A DNA stretch of 43,946 nucleotides. It comes from a virus (taxonomy: Duplodnaviria > Heunggongvirae > Uroviricota > Caudoviricetes). This document shows, piece by piece, positions 15,982 to 26,327 of this stretch. The translations under genes and the position numbers were made by a program. Within the stretch, counting starts at the first letter, position 1. Every line of letters starts with the position of its first letter. Below the pieces are notes generated by a model that was given only the letters and a program-made list of their open reading frames with translations, was not told the origin of the DNA and searched no databases. The stretch lies in the IMG/VR virus record IMGVR_UViG_3300045988_019467. One strand, written 5' to 3'.

Positions 15982-18313
15982 TGTAGCTAGTTTAGTCGTA
16001 AAAGTATCAGAGCAAGGCGCGAAAGCCACGTCAGACCGTCTTGACAACCTTTCAAAGTCCGCAAAAGTAGCGGGGGCCGCTGTAGCAGGCCTTGCTTCTA
16101 TCGTAGCGGCTACCGCATATAAAGCCGCGCAAGAACTGGTTGACTCACAGCGGCAACTGGACAAGATGTCCGCTAGTTTGAAGACCTTAACCGGAAGTAC
16201 CCAGGGCGCTAAACAGGCGCTTAGTATCCTGCAAGATTTTGCGCGCGACACCCCATACGGGCTTGAGCAGGCGGTGGAAGGCTTCCGTAAGCTGGTGGCT
16301 CTGGGCCTTACCCCATCCGAGGAGGCGTTGCGGTCCTACGGCAATACCGCATCGGCTATGGGTAAGGACCTTAATCAGATGATTGAGGCGGTAGCCGACG
16401 CCAGTACGTTCGAGTTCGAACGCCTCAAAGAATTCGGCATCAAAGCCAAGCAGAACAAAAACGACGTAGAGTTTACGTTCCAGGGAACGACAACGGTAGT
16501 TAAGAAAAGCGCTGCCGATATCGAGCAGTATTTACTCAATATTGGTAACGTAAATTTTGCGGGGGCTATGGCGGACCAAGCCAACACCCTTAATGGCGCT
16601 ATCGCGAGTGCCAGTGACTCATGGTCGCAGCTAAAAATGACGCTTGCCACCGGTCTTGATGTTGGCGCACTTGCTGAACCTATCAGGTATATCGATGACT
16701 TGATTCAGGAATTAAACGCGTCTGTTGCTTCCGGTGAATTAGCCGCTGAAATGCAGATGTGGGGCGACATCGCGTCGGAAGTAGGAAGCGCTATCGAGAT
16801 GTCATTCGACGCTGCGTTTGGCTTTGTCGGCGACGCCATCAACGGGCTTAATGAACTGTGGGATTTCAGCAGCAAGAGTATTACCGATAGCGGAGAACAA
16901 ACAGCTACCACCATCGCGGAATCCGCTGCCGATGCGCTTGACTTCATCGCGGAAGAGTTCACCGCGATGGAGAGATTCTTTGAAGATATGGTTAAAGGTG
17001 CGCAGGACGCGGGCCGTCTTGTACGAGCCGCTTTCACCCCCGGGGAATCAGTAGACGTAGCTAAAAATATCAACTTCCAGCTTGGCTTGGCTTTGGATAC
17101 CCAGCGCGATGTCGCCGACGTTACGCGTAAAAGTTTCCGCGAACAGGTAGAAGCTCAACAGGATATTGTAGCGTTAAAACGCGCGGCATATGACATCGAT
17201 AAGGAATCCGCAAAAGCTGAGGGGTTAAACAAATTTAAGGTAACCGGAACTGGTGGCGGTTCTGACGATGACGGGTCCTCCGCAAAAGCCGCTAAGAAAG
17301 CAGCGGACGCGTTCGAGCGCCAGAAAAAAGCGGCGGAAGACTTCTACTATCAGTCAATCCATCTTAATGATGACGTATTCCAGAAAATAGAAGCTAACCA
17401 GGAAGAGCAACTGTCTAAGTTGCAGGATTTCTATAGCAATAAGCTTCTTAGCGACCAGCAATACGAAAACGCCAAGACGCAGATTATGTTATCCGCTGAG
17501 CAGGCCCGCCAGGAAGAACTGGACAAGAAAAGGAAGGAGGCCCAGGAAAAGCAACAGAAAGGTGACGATTTCATGGCTCAGATTATGGGCCAGAATGCCA
17601 CCGAGCTTGAGCTTCTGGATATTCAGGAACAGCAGAAACTGGCGGTAGCGGATAAGTACCGGGAACAGGGTCTTATTAATGAAGAACAATACCAGGCTGC
17701 GCTTAACGCCATCAACGAACAGTACGCAACCAAGCGTGCTGACGCAACGGCAACAGCTTTTGGCAATATGGCATCCAACATTGGGTCCGCGTTAGGTGAA
17801 GCATCTGGCGCTTATAAAGCGTTCGCTATCGTACAAGCCACTATCGCTACGTACACCGCAGCTATTGAGGCATATAAGTCAACTGCTGCTATCCCGGTTG
17901 TCGGACCGTTCCTTGCACCGGTAGCTGCTGCTGCTGCCGTTGGGGCAGGTATGGCGCAGGTTTCCGCTATCAGGTCTGCGCGTGAACAGGGTGGTCAGTT
18001 ATCCGCAGGGCAGGCTTCCACCATCGCAGAACGTGGTAAACCCGAAGTTATCATGCCAGCTGGCGCATCGCGTGTTCGCACCGCGCAGCAGATGAAAGAA
18101 ATTATGGGGCAAAACGGGTCTTCTTCCGGCCCGTCTAATGTTACTATCGTAAACAACACATCGAGTCAGATTGGCAATGTATCCACTGAGCAGGATGACG
18201 AAGGCCGCTTACGCATCATCATCGAAGAGCAAGTGGCAGCCTCTTTGCAGAACAGCAACAGTAAGATTAGCAAGGCCCGCAAGGCCACAAGAAACGCGCC
18301 GGGGTTCAAATAA
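15974..18313 (+). CDS. tail tape measure protein
   Basis: 779-aa Ala/Gln/Glu-rich, coiled-coil-like protein with a hydrophobic Gly/Ala segment near the C-terminus; canonical position after the chaperone pair. Confidence 0.8.
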   Translation: MADVASLVVKVSEQGAKATSDRLDNLSKSAKVAGAAVAGLASIVAATAYKAAQELVDSQRQLDKMSASLKTLTGSTQGAKQALSILQDFARDTPYGLEQAVEGFRKLVALGLTPSEEALRSYGNTASAMGKDLNQMIEAVADASTFEFERLKEFGIKAKQNKNDVEFTFQGTTTVVKKSAADIEQYLLNIGNVNFAGAMADQANTLNGAIASASDSWSQLKMTLATGLDVGALAEPIRYIDDLIQELNASVASGELAAEMQMWGDIASEVGSAIEMSFDAAFGFVGDAINGLNELWDFSSKSITDSGEQTATTIAESAADALDFIAEEFTAMERFFEDMVKGAQDAGRLVRAAFTPGESVDVAKNINFQLGLALDTQRDVADVTRKSFREQVEAQQDIVALKRAAYDIDKESAKAEGLNKFKVTGTGGGSDDDGSSAKAAKKAADAFERQKKAAEDFYYQSIHLNDDVFQKIEANQEEQLSKLQDFYSNKLLSDQQYENAKTQIMLSAEQARQEELDKKRKEAQEKQQKGDDFMAQIMGQNATELELLDIQEQQKLAVADKYREQGLINEEQYQAALNAINEQYATKRADATATAFGNMASNIGSALGEASGAYKAFAIVQATIATYTAAIEAYKSTAAIPVVGPFLAPVAAAAAVGAGMAQVSAIRSAREQGGQLSAGQASTIAERGKPEVIMPAGASRVRTAQQMKEIMGQNGSSSGPSNVTIVNNTSSQIGNVSTEQDDEGRLRIIIEEQVAASLQNSNSKISKARKATRNAPGFK

Positions 18314-18813
18314 TGAGCGACTTATATTTCCCACGTAGCCTTAAGCCTATTGTGTCGAAAGGCTACTCAATGACCAGGCGCAACAACGTCTGGAGCGTTG
18401 ATTTAGCCGGTGGAGGTGTGCGTCAGGGGCGAGACACGTATTATGACGTGTTCCCGATAAGCGTAACCCTGATTACATCTGCACTAGGGCGGCAGGCGTT
18501 TCTGTCGTTCCTTGAGAAAGTCGACGGCGGTGCGTCAAGTTTCTGGATGGCGCATGACTTCGGAATGGGTATTGAGGATTATCAGGTAACAATCACGTCA
18601 ACCATCGCCGAGTCCACCGAAGACGGGGTCAACTGGACTATTACTTTTACGGCAACCGCAGAGAAATCGCCGTTCCAGAACCTTGAGAACCAGTGCCTTG
18701 TTAACAATCTGCCGGACTTGTATGGTTGCTATGGTGATGGGCTGGGATGTTTCCTTAAAGCCTACGGAACCGCGCAATCAACGTTTCCACGAATTTGGGA
18801 CCCGATGCAATGA
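18313..18813 (+). CDS. minor tail protein (lambda gpM-like position)
   Basis: Start overlaps the tape measure stop; first of the tail-tip gene series. Confidence 0.45.
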   Translation: MSDLYFPRSLKPIVSKGYSMTRRNNVWSVDLAGGGVRQGRDTYYDVFPISVTLITSALGRQAFLSFLEKVDGGASSFWMAHDFGMGIEDYQVTITSTIAESTEDGVNWTITFTATAEKSPFQNLENQCLVNNLPDLYGCYGDGLGCFLKAYGTAQSTFPRIWDPMQ

Positions 18814-19325
18814 GCCAGGAATCAGTAGAAGCCTCCTATCGCCGTAAGCTGGCCTCAAATCCCGACGGCGAGATGGACTACATCACGTTGCAAGTCAGCC
18901 ACCCGTTGCTGTCAAAGACGTACTATCTTGTGCGCGGACTGCAGGAACTTACGGCAACGCTGGAGACAGGCGAAACAATCACGTTCGAACCAACCCCGAT
19001 GGAGGCGTCGGGGGCTGCTAACAATAACGACATGGACCAGACGACGACGTTTACCCTTCCTGACGTCGGAAATTTACTGGACGATGAGCTGGATAATATT
19101 CCGATGGATAGCACTGAGTTGCCGAAGTTCATATTTCGCCGTTATGTCAGCACCGACCTGTCATACCCGGCAGATGGCCCCGTGGTATATGAGGCGCAGA
19201 CCATAGCTCAGGACAAGGGGCGGTTCTCTGCTAATTTAGGGACGCCTATGCTGAACCAACGAAGCACTGGTATACTTATGACACCTAAAGAGATACCGTT
19301 ATTACGCGGTCTGTTAATCACATGA
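18810..19325 (+). CDS. minor tail protein (lambda gpL-like position)
   Basis: ATGA start/stop overlap with the preceding gene; synteny only. Confidence 0.4.
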   Translation: MSQESVEASYRRKLASNPDGEMDYITLQVSHPLLSKTYYLVRGLQELTATLETGETITFEPTPMEASGAANNNDMDQTTTFTLPDVGNLLDDELDNIPMDSTELPKFIFRRYVSTDLSYPADGPVVYEAQTIAQDKGRFSANLGTPMLNQRSTGILMTPKEIPLLRGLLIT

Positions 19326-19687
19326 ACATTAACGACTACACGGGAATACCTTACGACTTTCGCAAACGCAATTGCTGGCATCATGTGCGTATTGTCCGTG
19401 CGGATGCCGGGTTAGCAACCCCGGCGTTCGACGCTACAAGCCCAACGGCAATTAACGAAGCGTTTGATGAAGGTCATCGTGACACGAAGGGGCTTACGAA
19501 AATTGATAAGCCTGAAAACTTGTGCGCGGTTCTTATGGGTAGGCGCCGCGGCGGCAGAATCGTGTGGCACGCCGGGGTCTACTTTGACGGAATGGTGAGT
19601 CATTGCGAAATGGCCTCCCGTCAGGTACGGCTTGACAGGCTTGTTGACCTAAGAGACTTGTACACGGAGATTGAATTTTGGCGATAA
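19322..19687 (+). CDS. tail assembly protein K-like (NlpC/P60-type fold)
   Basis: Cys/His pattern (NCWHHV ... VWHAGVYFDGMVSHCE) resembling NlpC/P60 catalytic residues found in gpK; position before the I/J-like gene. Confidence 0.5.
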   Translation: MNINDYTGIPYDFRKRNCWHHVRIVRADAGLATPAFDATSPTAINEAFDEGHRDTKGLTKIDKPENLCAVLMGRRRGGRIVWHAGVYFDGMVSHCEMASRQVRLDRLVDLRDLYTEIEFWR

Positions 19688-22224
19688 TCCTGCACTACAC
19701 GCGAAATGCTAACGGTGTTTTCGACCGTACAAAACACGTCGGGATGCCAATGGAGTTTGTTGTTAACCATATCCCTGACGGCGTTCCTGTGCGCGTATAT
19801 CTCGGTGAGATTGGTGACGACACCGATATCACTGACGACTTCGACGCGCTTAAAGACGAAGACGCGGTGTATCACATAGTAGAAGGAGCTGGTGGAGGTG
19901 CGCTTGTAGTAGGTGCGCTTGTTGCTTTGGTCGTCGTTGCGGCTACGGTTTTACTAACTAAGAAACCGAGTCTGGCGGTAACAGCGACAAATAACCAAGC
20001 AAAATCCGCTAATAACAGCCTAACAGACCGCTCCAACAAGCCGCGTCCTTACGAGCGCTCTTATGACATATGCGGGACTGTGCAGACAATCCCTAACGAC
20101 CTTATGCAGACGTACAAGGCGTTCAACTCCACTGGTGCTTTGCTGGAGTATTCGTACTATGACGCTGGTCGCGGGCATCTGCATATTGAGGCTGATGGCG
20201 TCACGGAAGGCGACACCCTGATAAGCGACATCACAGGTTCTTCTGTTGCCGTGTACGCCCCCTATACATCACCAAACAATACAACTACCCCGCAACTACA
20301 AATCGGCGACGTCATTGACCAGAAACTCTATGTGACGTACTCCAACGACGACGTTGACGGTATTGTACTGAAAGCACCGAACGATATCGGGGCCAACCCA
20401 AGCGCCGACGGCACCGCTAAACGTATTTCAAACACCGGCTACATCTATGACCCGTCAGGAGACTCTGCTTTTTCTGAGTTTCTTAGCGTCGGTGATGTGG
20501 CGGTGCTGAGCAACTTTGACGTTGCGGATGTCACTAACCTGAACGGCTCGTTTGAGGTTTTATACGTTGACGACTTCGAAGTAAGATTAGCCGTAAACGG
20601 TGCGTCTAACTGGGCCGCGTTGACCAGCGGACAGACGTACACGCTAACAGAGCGTTCAGATACGTTTATCGGCCCGAGCAACACATATGACGTATCTCTT
20701 ACGGACTGGTATTACATGGTACGCGGAGAAGTTGACCGGGTACTTGCTAACGTTGCCGGGCAGAACGGCCTCTACAAATACGACGGCGGCTATAACCGTA
20801 CCAGCGTAACCGTAGAACTCCAGTATCAGATGATTGACTCTCAGCGTAACCCGTTGGGCGATATTTACACGGTACAGGCTACAATTACAGGCAACAATAC
20901 GGATTACGTCGGTACGTCTATCTATGGCCAATTGCCGACAGCGTCTCGTTTCCGTGCCCGCATGCGCCGCGTAACGAATTTCGACAAGGACTACGACGGG
21001 ACGGTAAGTGACGAGATAACCTTCATCAACCTGTACGGGCAGTCACTGGACACAACCCCACACTACGGCAACCGAACTACCGTACATTGTGCCCGTAAAC
21101 AGACGCCGCGCGCTGCCAGTATTGATAACCCTGAACTGCGCATGATCGCGACCGAGATGTGCTACAAATACTTAGGCAATGGGGTATTCGATACGGTAAT
21201 GACACCAAACACTCAGGCCGTGCAGTCGCTAATCAGGCTGGCGCGCGACCCGGCGGTGGGTAATCTGGAACTGACAACGGCAAACATGGATAAGTTACTA
21301 TCCGTGCAGGAAGAAATAGAGTCCTATTTCGGAAGTGAATTAGCGGGGCAGTTCTGCTACACGTTCGACGACTACGACACCACGATGCAGGACATCGTTC
21401 AGACCATAGCGGAAGCCGTGTTCTGTACTGCGTACCGTAAAGGCGCGGATATTATGCTGCGATTCGACCGTCCTGTCGCGGGGCCTGAAATGGTATTCAC
21501 ACACCGCAGTAAGACAACTGGTACGGAGAAATGGACCCGCACGTTCAACGATTCGACAACCTACGATAGCCTGTCGTTCTCGTACATTGACCCTGATACT
21601 AACGTACAGGAAACGATTTATATCCCGGAAGAACTCGGCGCAAACACCGAGGAGTACGAATCGAAGGGGGTGCGCAACTACCAGCAGGCGTACTGGCTGG
21701 CGTGGCGCCGCTACCAGCGCAACACGTTAAGTAAAGTTGTCGTAGAGTTTGAAGCTACGGAAGAAGGTGCGCTCGCCACCCCCGGCGGGGTAATCAGCGT
21801 TGTTAAAGGCTCTCGCATTGCGCCGCAAGATGGTTATGTTGTTGCCGTTAATGGGCTTACACTGACATTGTCCCAGCCTGTTACGTTTACCCCCGGAGAC
21901 GACCACTCCATCATTCTTAAGAAGCGCGACGGCTCCGTACAGAGTATCTCCGTTATCAAAGGAAGTCATGACCGCGAAGTGGTTATGCTCTCCGCGCCGG
22001 AGGAGGCAATCTACACGGGGAATAGCGCGCTAAAAACTGAGTTTTCATTCGGCAACGAAGCAAGGCATAATGCTCAGAAGATAGTTGTTTCTTCAATAGA
22101 CCCGGGCGATGACCGCACGGTCAAGATTACTGGCTACAACTATGACGACGGATTCTATAAATACGACGGCGTCGCACCTTTAGGCCGCGGTTTCTCCGAC
22201 GGATTCAGCAATGGTTTTAATTAA
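19678..22224 (+). CDS. tail tip protein: gpI-like N-terminal segment fused to a host-specificity gpJ-like region
   Basis: N-terminal region ends in a Gly-rich hydrophobic stretch (GAGGGALVVGALVALVVVAATVLL); downstream RARMRRVT resembles the lambda J IRMRRMT motif; start uncertain (TTG 19678 or ATG 19744). Confidence 0.55.
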   Translation: MAIILHYTRNANGVFDRTKHVGMPMEFVVNHIPDGVPVRVYLGEIGDDTDITDDFDALKDEDAVYHIVEGAGGGALVVGALVALVVVAATVLLTKKPSLAVTATNNQAKSANNSLTDRSNKPRPYERSYDICGTVQTIPNDLMQTYKAFNSTGALLEYSYYDAGRGHLHIEADGVTEGDTLISDITGSSVAVYAPYTSPNNTTTPQLQIGDVIDQKLYVTYSNDDVDGIVLKAPNDIGANPSADGTAKRISNTGYIYDPSGDSAFSEFLSVGDVAVLSNFDVADVTNLNGSFEVLYVDDFEVRLAVNGASNWAALTSGQTYTLTERSDTFIGPSNTYDVSLTDWYYMVRGEVDRVLANVAGQNGLYKYDGGYNRTSVTVELQYQMIDSQRNPLGDIYTVQATITGNNTDYVGTSIYGQLPTASRFRARMRRVTNFDKDYDGTVSDEITFINLYGQSLDTTPHYGNRTTVHCARKQTPRAASIDNPELRMIATEMCYKYLGNGVFDTVMTPNTQAVQSLIRLARDPAVGNLELTTANMDKLLSVQEEIESYFGSELAGQFCYTFDDYDTTMQDIVQTIAEAVFCTAYRKGADIMLRFDRPVAGPEMVFTHRSKTTGTEKWTRTFNDSTTYDSLSFSYIDPDTNVQETIYIPEELGANTEEYESKGVRNYQQAYWLAWRRYQRNTLSKVVVEFEATEEGALATPGGVISVVKGSRIAPQDGYVVAVNGLTLTLSQPVTFTPGDDHSIILKKRDGSVQSISVIKGSHDREVVMLSAPEEAIYTGNSALKTEFSFGNEARHNAQKIVVSSIDPGDDRTVKITGYNYDDGFYKYDGVAPLGRGFSDGFSNGFN

Positions 22225-22236
22225 AGAGGACTCTAT

Positions 22237-24228
22237 ATGTCAAGCGGATGCGGTGATGTTTTAAGCCTGGCGGATTTACAAACCGCCAAGAAACACCAGA
22301 TTTTCGAAGCAGAGGTAATTACCGGTAAATCTGGCGGAGTAGCCGGGGGTGCAGATATTGATTACTCCACCAATCAGGTTACTGGACAGACCCAGAAGAC
22401 GTTACCTGCCGTGTTGCGCAGCCTGGGTCTAGCCCCTGCATCTTTCGATTTCACATCTGGGGGTACTTTAACTACTGACGACAGGAACAAGGCCGTGTTA
22501 TGGCCCTCTACGGACGGCGGCGACGGGGACTGGTACTATTGGGCAGGTAGTTTGCCGAAGACTATACCGGCATCATCTACACCCGCATCTTCCGGCGGTG
22601 TAGGGGGAGGCGCATGGTTGTCTGTTGGGGGGGTTATTTTACGACAGGACCTGGCTGCTTTTGGTGGAGCATCATTGATTGGTCCAGGTGTAATGTCCCG
22701 CGGAAACGATAAGTTTTCTATCATGCAAGGGAGAACCGGGGAGTATCAAAACGATGGTATGACATACGGGATAGGAGTTATCCTTACGGACCCTATCACT
22801 GGCACTATACCCAACGCCAGCACTGCAAAATTTAACTACCTTGCTATCATAGACGACCAGGTTAATGCTGTTGACGATTTAACGGCCGGGACAAAAGTTG
22901 ACGGGCTACAGGTAAACCATGTTTTCGGCGGCACCGCAGCCAAAGGTGGCAGGCACGCGGCAGAATTTGTATCTACCCATAAATCACCTACCAGTGTCGA
23001 CAACCCGGACCGTAACTATGTGGGTGTGGTTGGGTTGGCAGTGTCGCAAAATGGCGACGGAGGGGCAGTATCAACGTCCCCGAGCACATTCAAAGGTGGG
23101 TACTTTGGCGGGAATATGTACGGTAGTTTGAGCCCATCCGCCGTTGGTGTATATAACGTGACCGCATGTGAGTTTAACACAGTAGCCTCCGAAGGGTCGT
23201 CTGTATGGTATAGGTCAGGGATTCAGGTCATTGGTGGTGGGGCCGTACAAGGAAGCGCCGTAGACGTTGGGGTTGCCTTGTCGAATCTTTCGACAGCTAC
23301 GGTCCGATGGAGAAACGCCTTTCGTATAGGGAACATGAATGGGGGGCACGCGTTAGCATCGGACAGCAAAATACTTGTAGCGTTTACCGATGTGACGTCG
23401 ATCGCATCTGGGTTCGAGATACCAAAGTGCTCAACTACTATTTTAACATCCGGAGACGTTAATTTACAGAACGATAAATTAATCATGAGCGCTTCTGGGT
23501 CTGCTATTGAACTGGGAAGCACCACAGCCCCAGGTACGGCATACATAGACTTTCACTCAAGCGGAAACCCTAACGATTATGATGCAAGGGTTGTGGTTAG
23601 TGGCGGGGCGTCGTCTTCCGGGCAAGGCACTTATGGGGTTAACGCGGGTGTTATTCAGCTTAATGCTTCTACTGAAGTCATAGCCGCCGCCAACATAAGA
23701 CCCTCTACGGACAATACCATATCGAATGGCACCGCGTCTAGACGGTGGTCTGTGGTATACGCGGGAACCGGGACGATAAACACATCAAATGAAGACCTCA
23801 AAGTACGGGATAAGATACTTGAAGCCGAACGTGCCGCGGCCCTGGAAATAAAGAATGACATATGGAAATTTAGATTCAAAGATGCTATCGCCGAGAAAGG
23901 CAACGGTGCCAGGTATCACTTTGGCGTAGGTGCGCAATCTATAGGTAAAATTTTGCGTAAGCATGGACTGGACCCTGAAATGTACGCTTTCTACTGCCAC
24001 GATACCTGGGACGCGGAGTATGAGCCAATCATGGCTAAGCGTACCGTACTTAAGGACCAAGAAGTAACGGAAATAGACGACCTAACCGGCAAAACTATTA
24101 CTACCACTAAGACGATTGAAGTCGAGGAAGAGTACGACACCGGGGAAAAGAGATGCACCTTAGAGGCAGGTGAAAACTTCGGCGTTCGCTATGAGGAACT
24201 TCTTTGTTTTATTATGGCGGCCCTGTAA
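22237..24228 (+). CDS. tail fibre with C-terminal intramolecular chaperone (peptidase S74-like) domain
   Basis: C-terminal region (...RAAALEIKNDIWKFRFKD...YHFGVGAQSIGKILRKHGLDPEMYAFYCHDTWDAEY...) matches the self-cleaving chaperone domain of endosialidase and L-shaped tail fibres; Gly-rich central region. Confidence 0.65.
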   Translation: MSSGCGDVLSLADLQTAKKHQIFEAEVITGKSGGVAGGADIDYSTNQVTGQTQKTLPAVLRSLGLAPASFDFTSGGTLTTDDRNKAVLWPSTDGGDGDWYYWAGSLPKTIPASSTPASSGGVGGGAWLSVGGVILRQDLAAFGGASLIGPGVMSRGNDKFSIMQGRTGEYQNDGMTYGIGVILTDPITGTIPNASTAKFNYLAIIDDQVNAVDDLTAGTKVDGLQVNHVFGGTAAKGGRHAAEFVSTHKSPTSVDNPDRNYVGVVGLAVSQNGDGGAVSTSPSTFKGGYFGGNMYGSLSPSAVGVYNVTACEFNTVASEGSSVWYRSGIQVIGGGAVQGSAVDVGVALSNLSTATVRWRNAFRIGNMNGGHALASDSKILVAFTDVTSIASGFEIPKCSTTILTSGDVNLQNDKLIMSASGSAIELGSTTAPGTAYIDFHSSGNPNDYDARVVVSGGASSSGQGTYGVNAGVIQLNASTEVIAAANIRPSTDNTISNGTASRRWSVVYAGTGTINTSNEDLKVRDKILEAERAAALEIKNDIWKFRFKDAIAEKGNGARYHFGVGAQSIGKILRKHGLDPEMYAFYCHDTWDAEYEPIMAKRTVLKDQEVTEIDDLTGKTITTTKTIEVEEEYDTGEKRCTLEAGENFGVRYEELLCFIMAAL

Positions 24229-24232
24229 AACT

Positions 24233-24258
24233 AAGGCCCCAAACGGGGCCTTTTCTCT
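24233..24258. terminator. bidirectional intrinsic terminator (AAGGCCCC-AAAC-GGGGCCTT + TTCTCT)
   Basis: Same stem as 2655, 4609 and 12429; between the tail fibre gene and the convergent minus-strand replication module. Confidence 0.6.
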
Positions 24259-24394
24259 ACTCTTCTGATAACTTCTCCAGTACAAACTCCAGTTGCGCAT
24301 TAGCGGCATCTCTCTGTTGCCGTAGTCGTAGAACCTCCTCCTCAAGTTCCTTGATACGTTTTTGCAATGCCGGAATCGGGGCTATGATGTTCAT
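24257..24394 (-). CDS. small coiled-coil-like hypothetical protein
   Basis: 45-aa ORF whose ATG overlaps the stop of the upstream Toprim gene (ATGA); ends at the terminator. Confidence 0.3.
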   Translation of the reverse strand: MNIIAPIPALQKRIKELEEEVLRLRQQRDAANAQLEFVLEKLSEE

Positions 24395-24906
24395 CTGGTA
24401 AATTTCCTCGCAAGATACGTTATTTCTTCTTCACAAAGTTCATCAAGGTCGTTAGATACAAATCCTCTGGTGAATGTTTTGCGGAACTTTAATCCAGCTT
24501 TATCATTGTCACCAGCGCACACCCAGTCATACGGCAAAAGTGACATTTGCTGCCGTAGGTCGGTTGATATATTTGACCCCAACGCGCTAACTGCATTAAA
24601 CCCGCAATTCATCAAAGCAACAGCTTTAAATATGCTTTCGGTAACAAATACCACCCCGCTACTTGGCAAATACTCAAGCCCCCATAAACACGGCCTTGTT
24701 GTTCGGGTAAAGTACCGCGCGTCTTTAGGGTTTTTACAGTTCTTTTCTGCGTGTGGTTTGTAGTGCTGGTATCCGCGTAGCTTACCGTCAAAACCCCACA
24801 GGTAAAACGTAGCTACTCCAGCGCCTAAGACTACACGTAAACGGTCGGCGTCAAAACCACGCGACAGCAGATGCGCCTTAAGTAGAAGCTCCTCACCATT
24901 CATCAT
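24391..24906 (-). CDS. Toprim-domain protein (primase-like)
   Basis: Toprim signature: conserved Glu (VFVTESIF) and DxD (CAGDNDKAG). Confidence 0.5.
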   Translation of the reverse strand: MMNGEELLLKAHLLSRGFDADRLRVVLGAGVATFYLWGFDGKLRGYQHYKPHAEKNCKNPKDARYFTRTTRPCLWGLEYLPSSGVVFVTESIFKAVALMNCGFNAVSALGSNISTDLRQQMSLLPYDWVCAGDNDKAGLKFRKTFTRGFVSNDLDELCEEEITYLARKFTR

Positions 24907-26327
24907 TTCTTACCTCTGCGCTTCATATAATTAAGTAGTTCGTCCTGTACAGACCTTTTCTCGTCTGTACGCGCGGCGACAACTTCATCAAGAGTATCTC
25001 TGGCTATTATTTGATAAATGAATACAGACCGTTTGTATCCAGATTGCATCTGCCTTACCGGGCCTATGCGCTCGATAACCTGCAGATAATGCTCCAGGTT
25101 CCACCCCTGACTCATAAATGCCATGTGGTGTCCGCCGTGTTGTAGCGACAGCCCGTGACCCGCGGAGGCCGGGTGTATCAGGAGCATAGGTATTTCACCG
25201 CGGTTCCATGCTTCCATCTGCTTATTACCCTTAGCACCTTTGGCAAACGCCTGCGCCTGAGGGAATCGCTTAAGGATGCGCTCCAGTTCGTGCTTGAACT
25301 GATAGGCCACCAGCAACGGCGCGCCCTGTAACTCCTCTACAATGGACTCGAGCGCATCAAGTTTCGTGTCGTGCACTTTTTCCCAATCTTTGGTTGCTTC
25401 GCCGTCGGGGCCCGACACATATACGGCACCGGATGCAATCTGCAAGCACTTCGACGTCTTCGCCGCGGCGTTAGCCGCTTCAACTTCCCCACTTTCCAGT
25501 TCTGCGAATAGCTTCTCCTCCATATCTATGTACGCCTGACGCGCTTTCTTCGGCAGGTCAATTTCCACCGGCACGATAATAGGTGCTTCACAACCAAACC
25601 ACTCGGCAGCGTCAATCGTGAGACTAATGTCCTTCATCTTCTGGTGAATCTCGTTATCTGCTCCCGGGCGGGCATGGTACTCGCGTGCCATCGCTGATTT
25701 GCCTTTCTGTACCGAGTTAAACCATCTGTCGGTGAATGCCGTGTACGAGGAACCCAGGCGCTCACCTGCGTCGATAAACCAGTTCTGACCCCACAAGTCC
25801 TTGAGGCCGTTTGGCGAGGGCGTACCGGTCAGGTTGATAAAACGCTTAACCTTTCCGAATGCCACTTTACTAAGTGCCTTTGCCCTCTTGCTACCACCTG
25901 AACGGCTGCGGAACGATTTCAGCTTCGTGCTCTCATCAGCAACGATAACCGTAAAAGGCCAGTCGTCTTTGCCGTAGTAGTCAATCAGCCACTCTATTAC
26001 CTCGTAGTTGATACAAATCACATTGGCGTCTGACTCCAGCGCCGCGATGCGGCGCTTCTCTGAACCAGTTGCATCGGCGACACGCAGACAAGGGAATTTC
26101 CATTTCTCTTGTTCCGCGGGCCACGTACCCGACGCAACGCGTAAAGGGGCAAGAATTAACACTCGGTCGTCGTCATTAAGTTGCCCATTACGGAACAGGC
26201 GGTTTAAAGTCCACAAGACGCTGCCCGTCTTCCCGGCGCCCATGCTTGCCCATATGTTGCAGCGATGGTGCCGCAACATGAACGAAGTCATTAGCTTCTG
26301 GTACTCGCGCCTTTGAAACTTACTCAT
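24903..26327 (-). CDS. SNF2 / DEAD-DEAH-type superfamily 2 helicase
   Basis: Walker A SMGAGKTGS, DExx-like box VIVADEST, and C-terminal helicase-domain-like region. Confidence 0.65.
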   Translation of the reverse strand: MSKFQRREYQKLMTSFMLRHHRCNIWASMGAGKTGSVLWTLNRLFRNGQLNDDDRVLILAPLRVASGTWPAEQEKWKFPCLRVADATGSEKRRIAALESDANVICINYEVIEWLIDYYGKDDWPFTVIVADESTKLKSFRSRSGGSKRAKALSKVAFGKVKRFINLTGTPSPNGLKDLWGQNWFIDAGERLGSSYTAFTDRWFNSVQKGKSAMAREYHARPGADNEIHQKMKDISLTIDAAEWFGCEAPIIVPVEIDLPKKARQAYIDMEEKLFAELESGEVEAANAAAKTSKCLQIASGAVYVSGPDGEATKDWEKVHDTKLDALESIVEELQGAPLLVAYQFKHELERILKRFPQAQAFAKGAKGNKQMEAWNRGEIPMLLIHPASAGHGLSLQHGGHHMAFMSQGWNLEHYLQVIERIGPVRQMQSGYKRSVFIYQIIARDTLDEVVAARTDEKRSVQDELLNYMKRRGKK

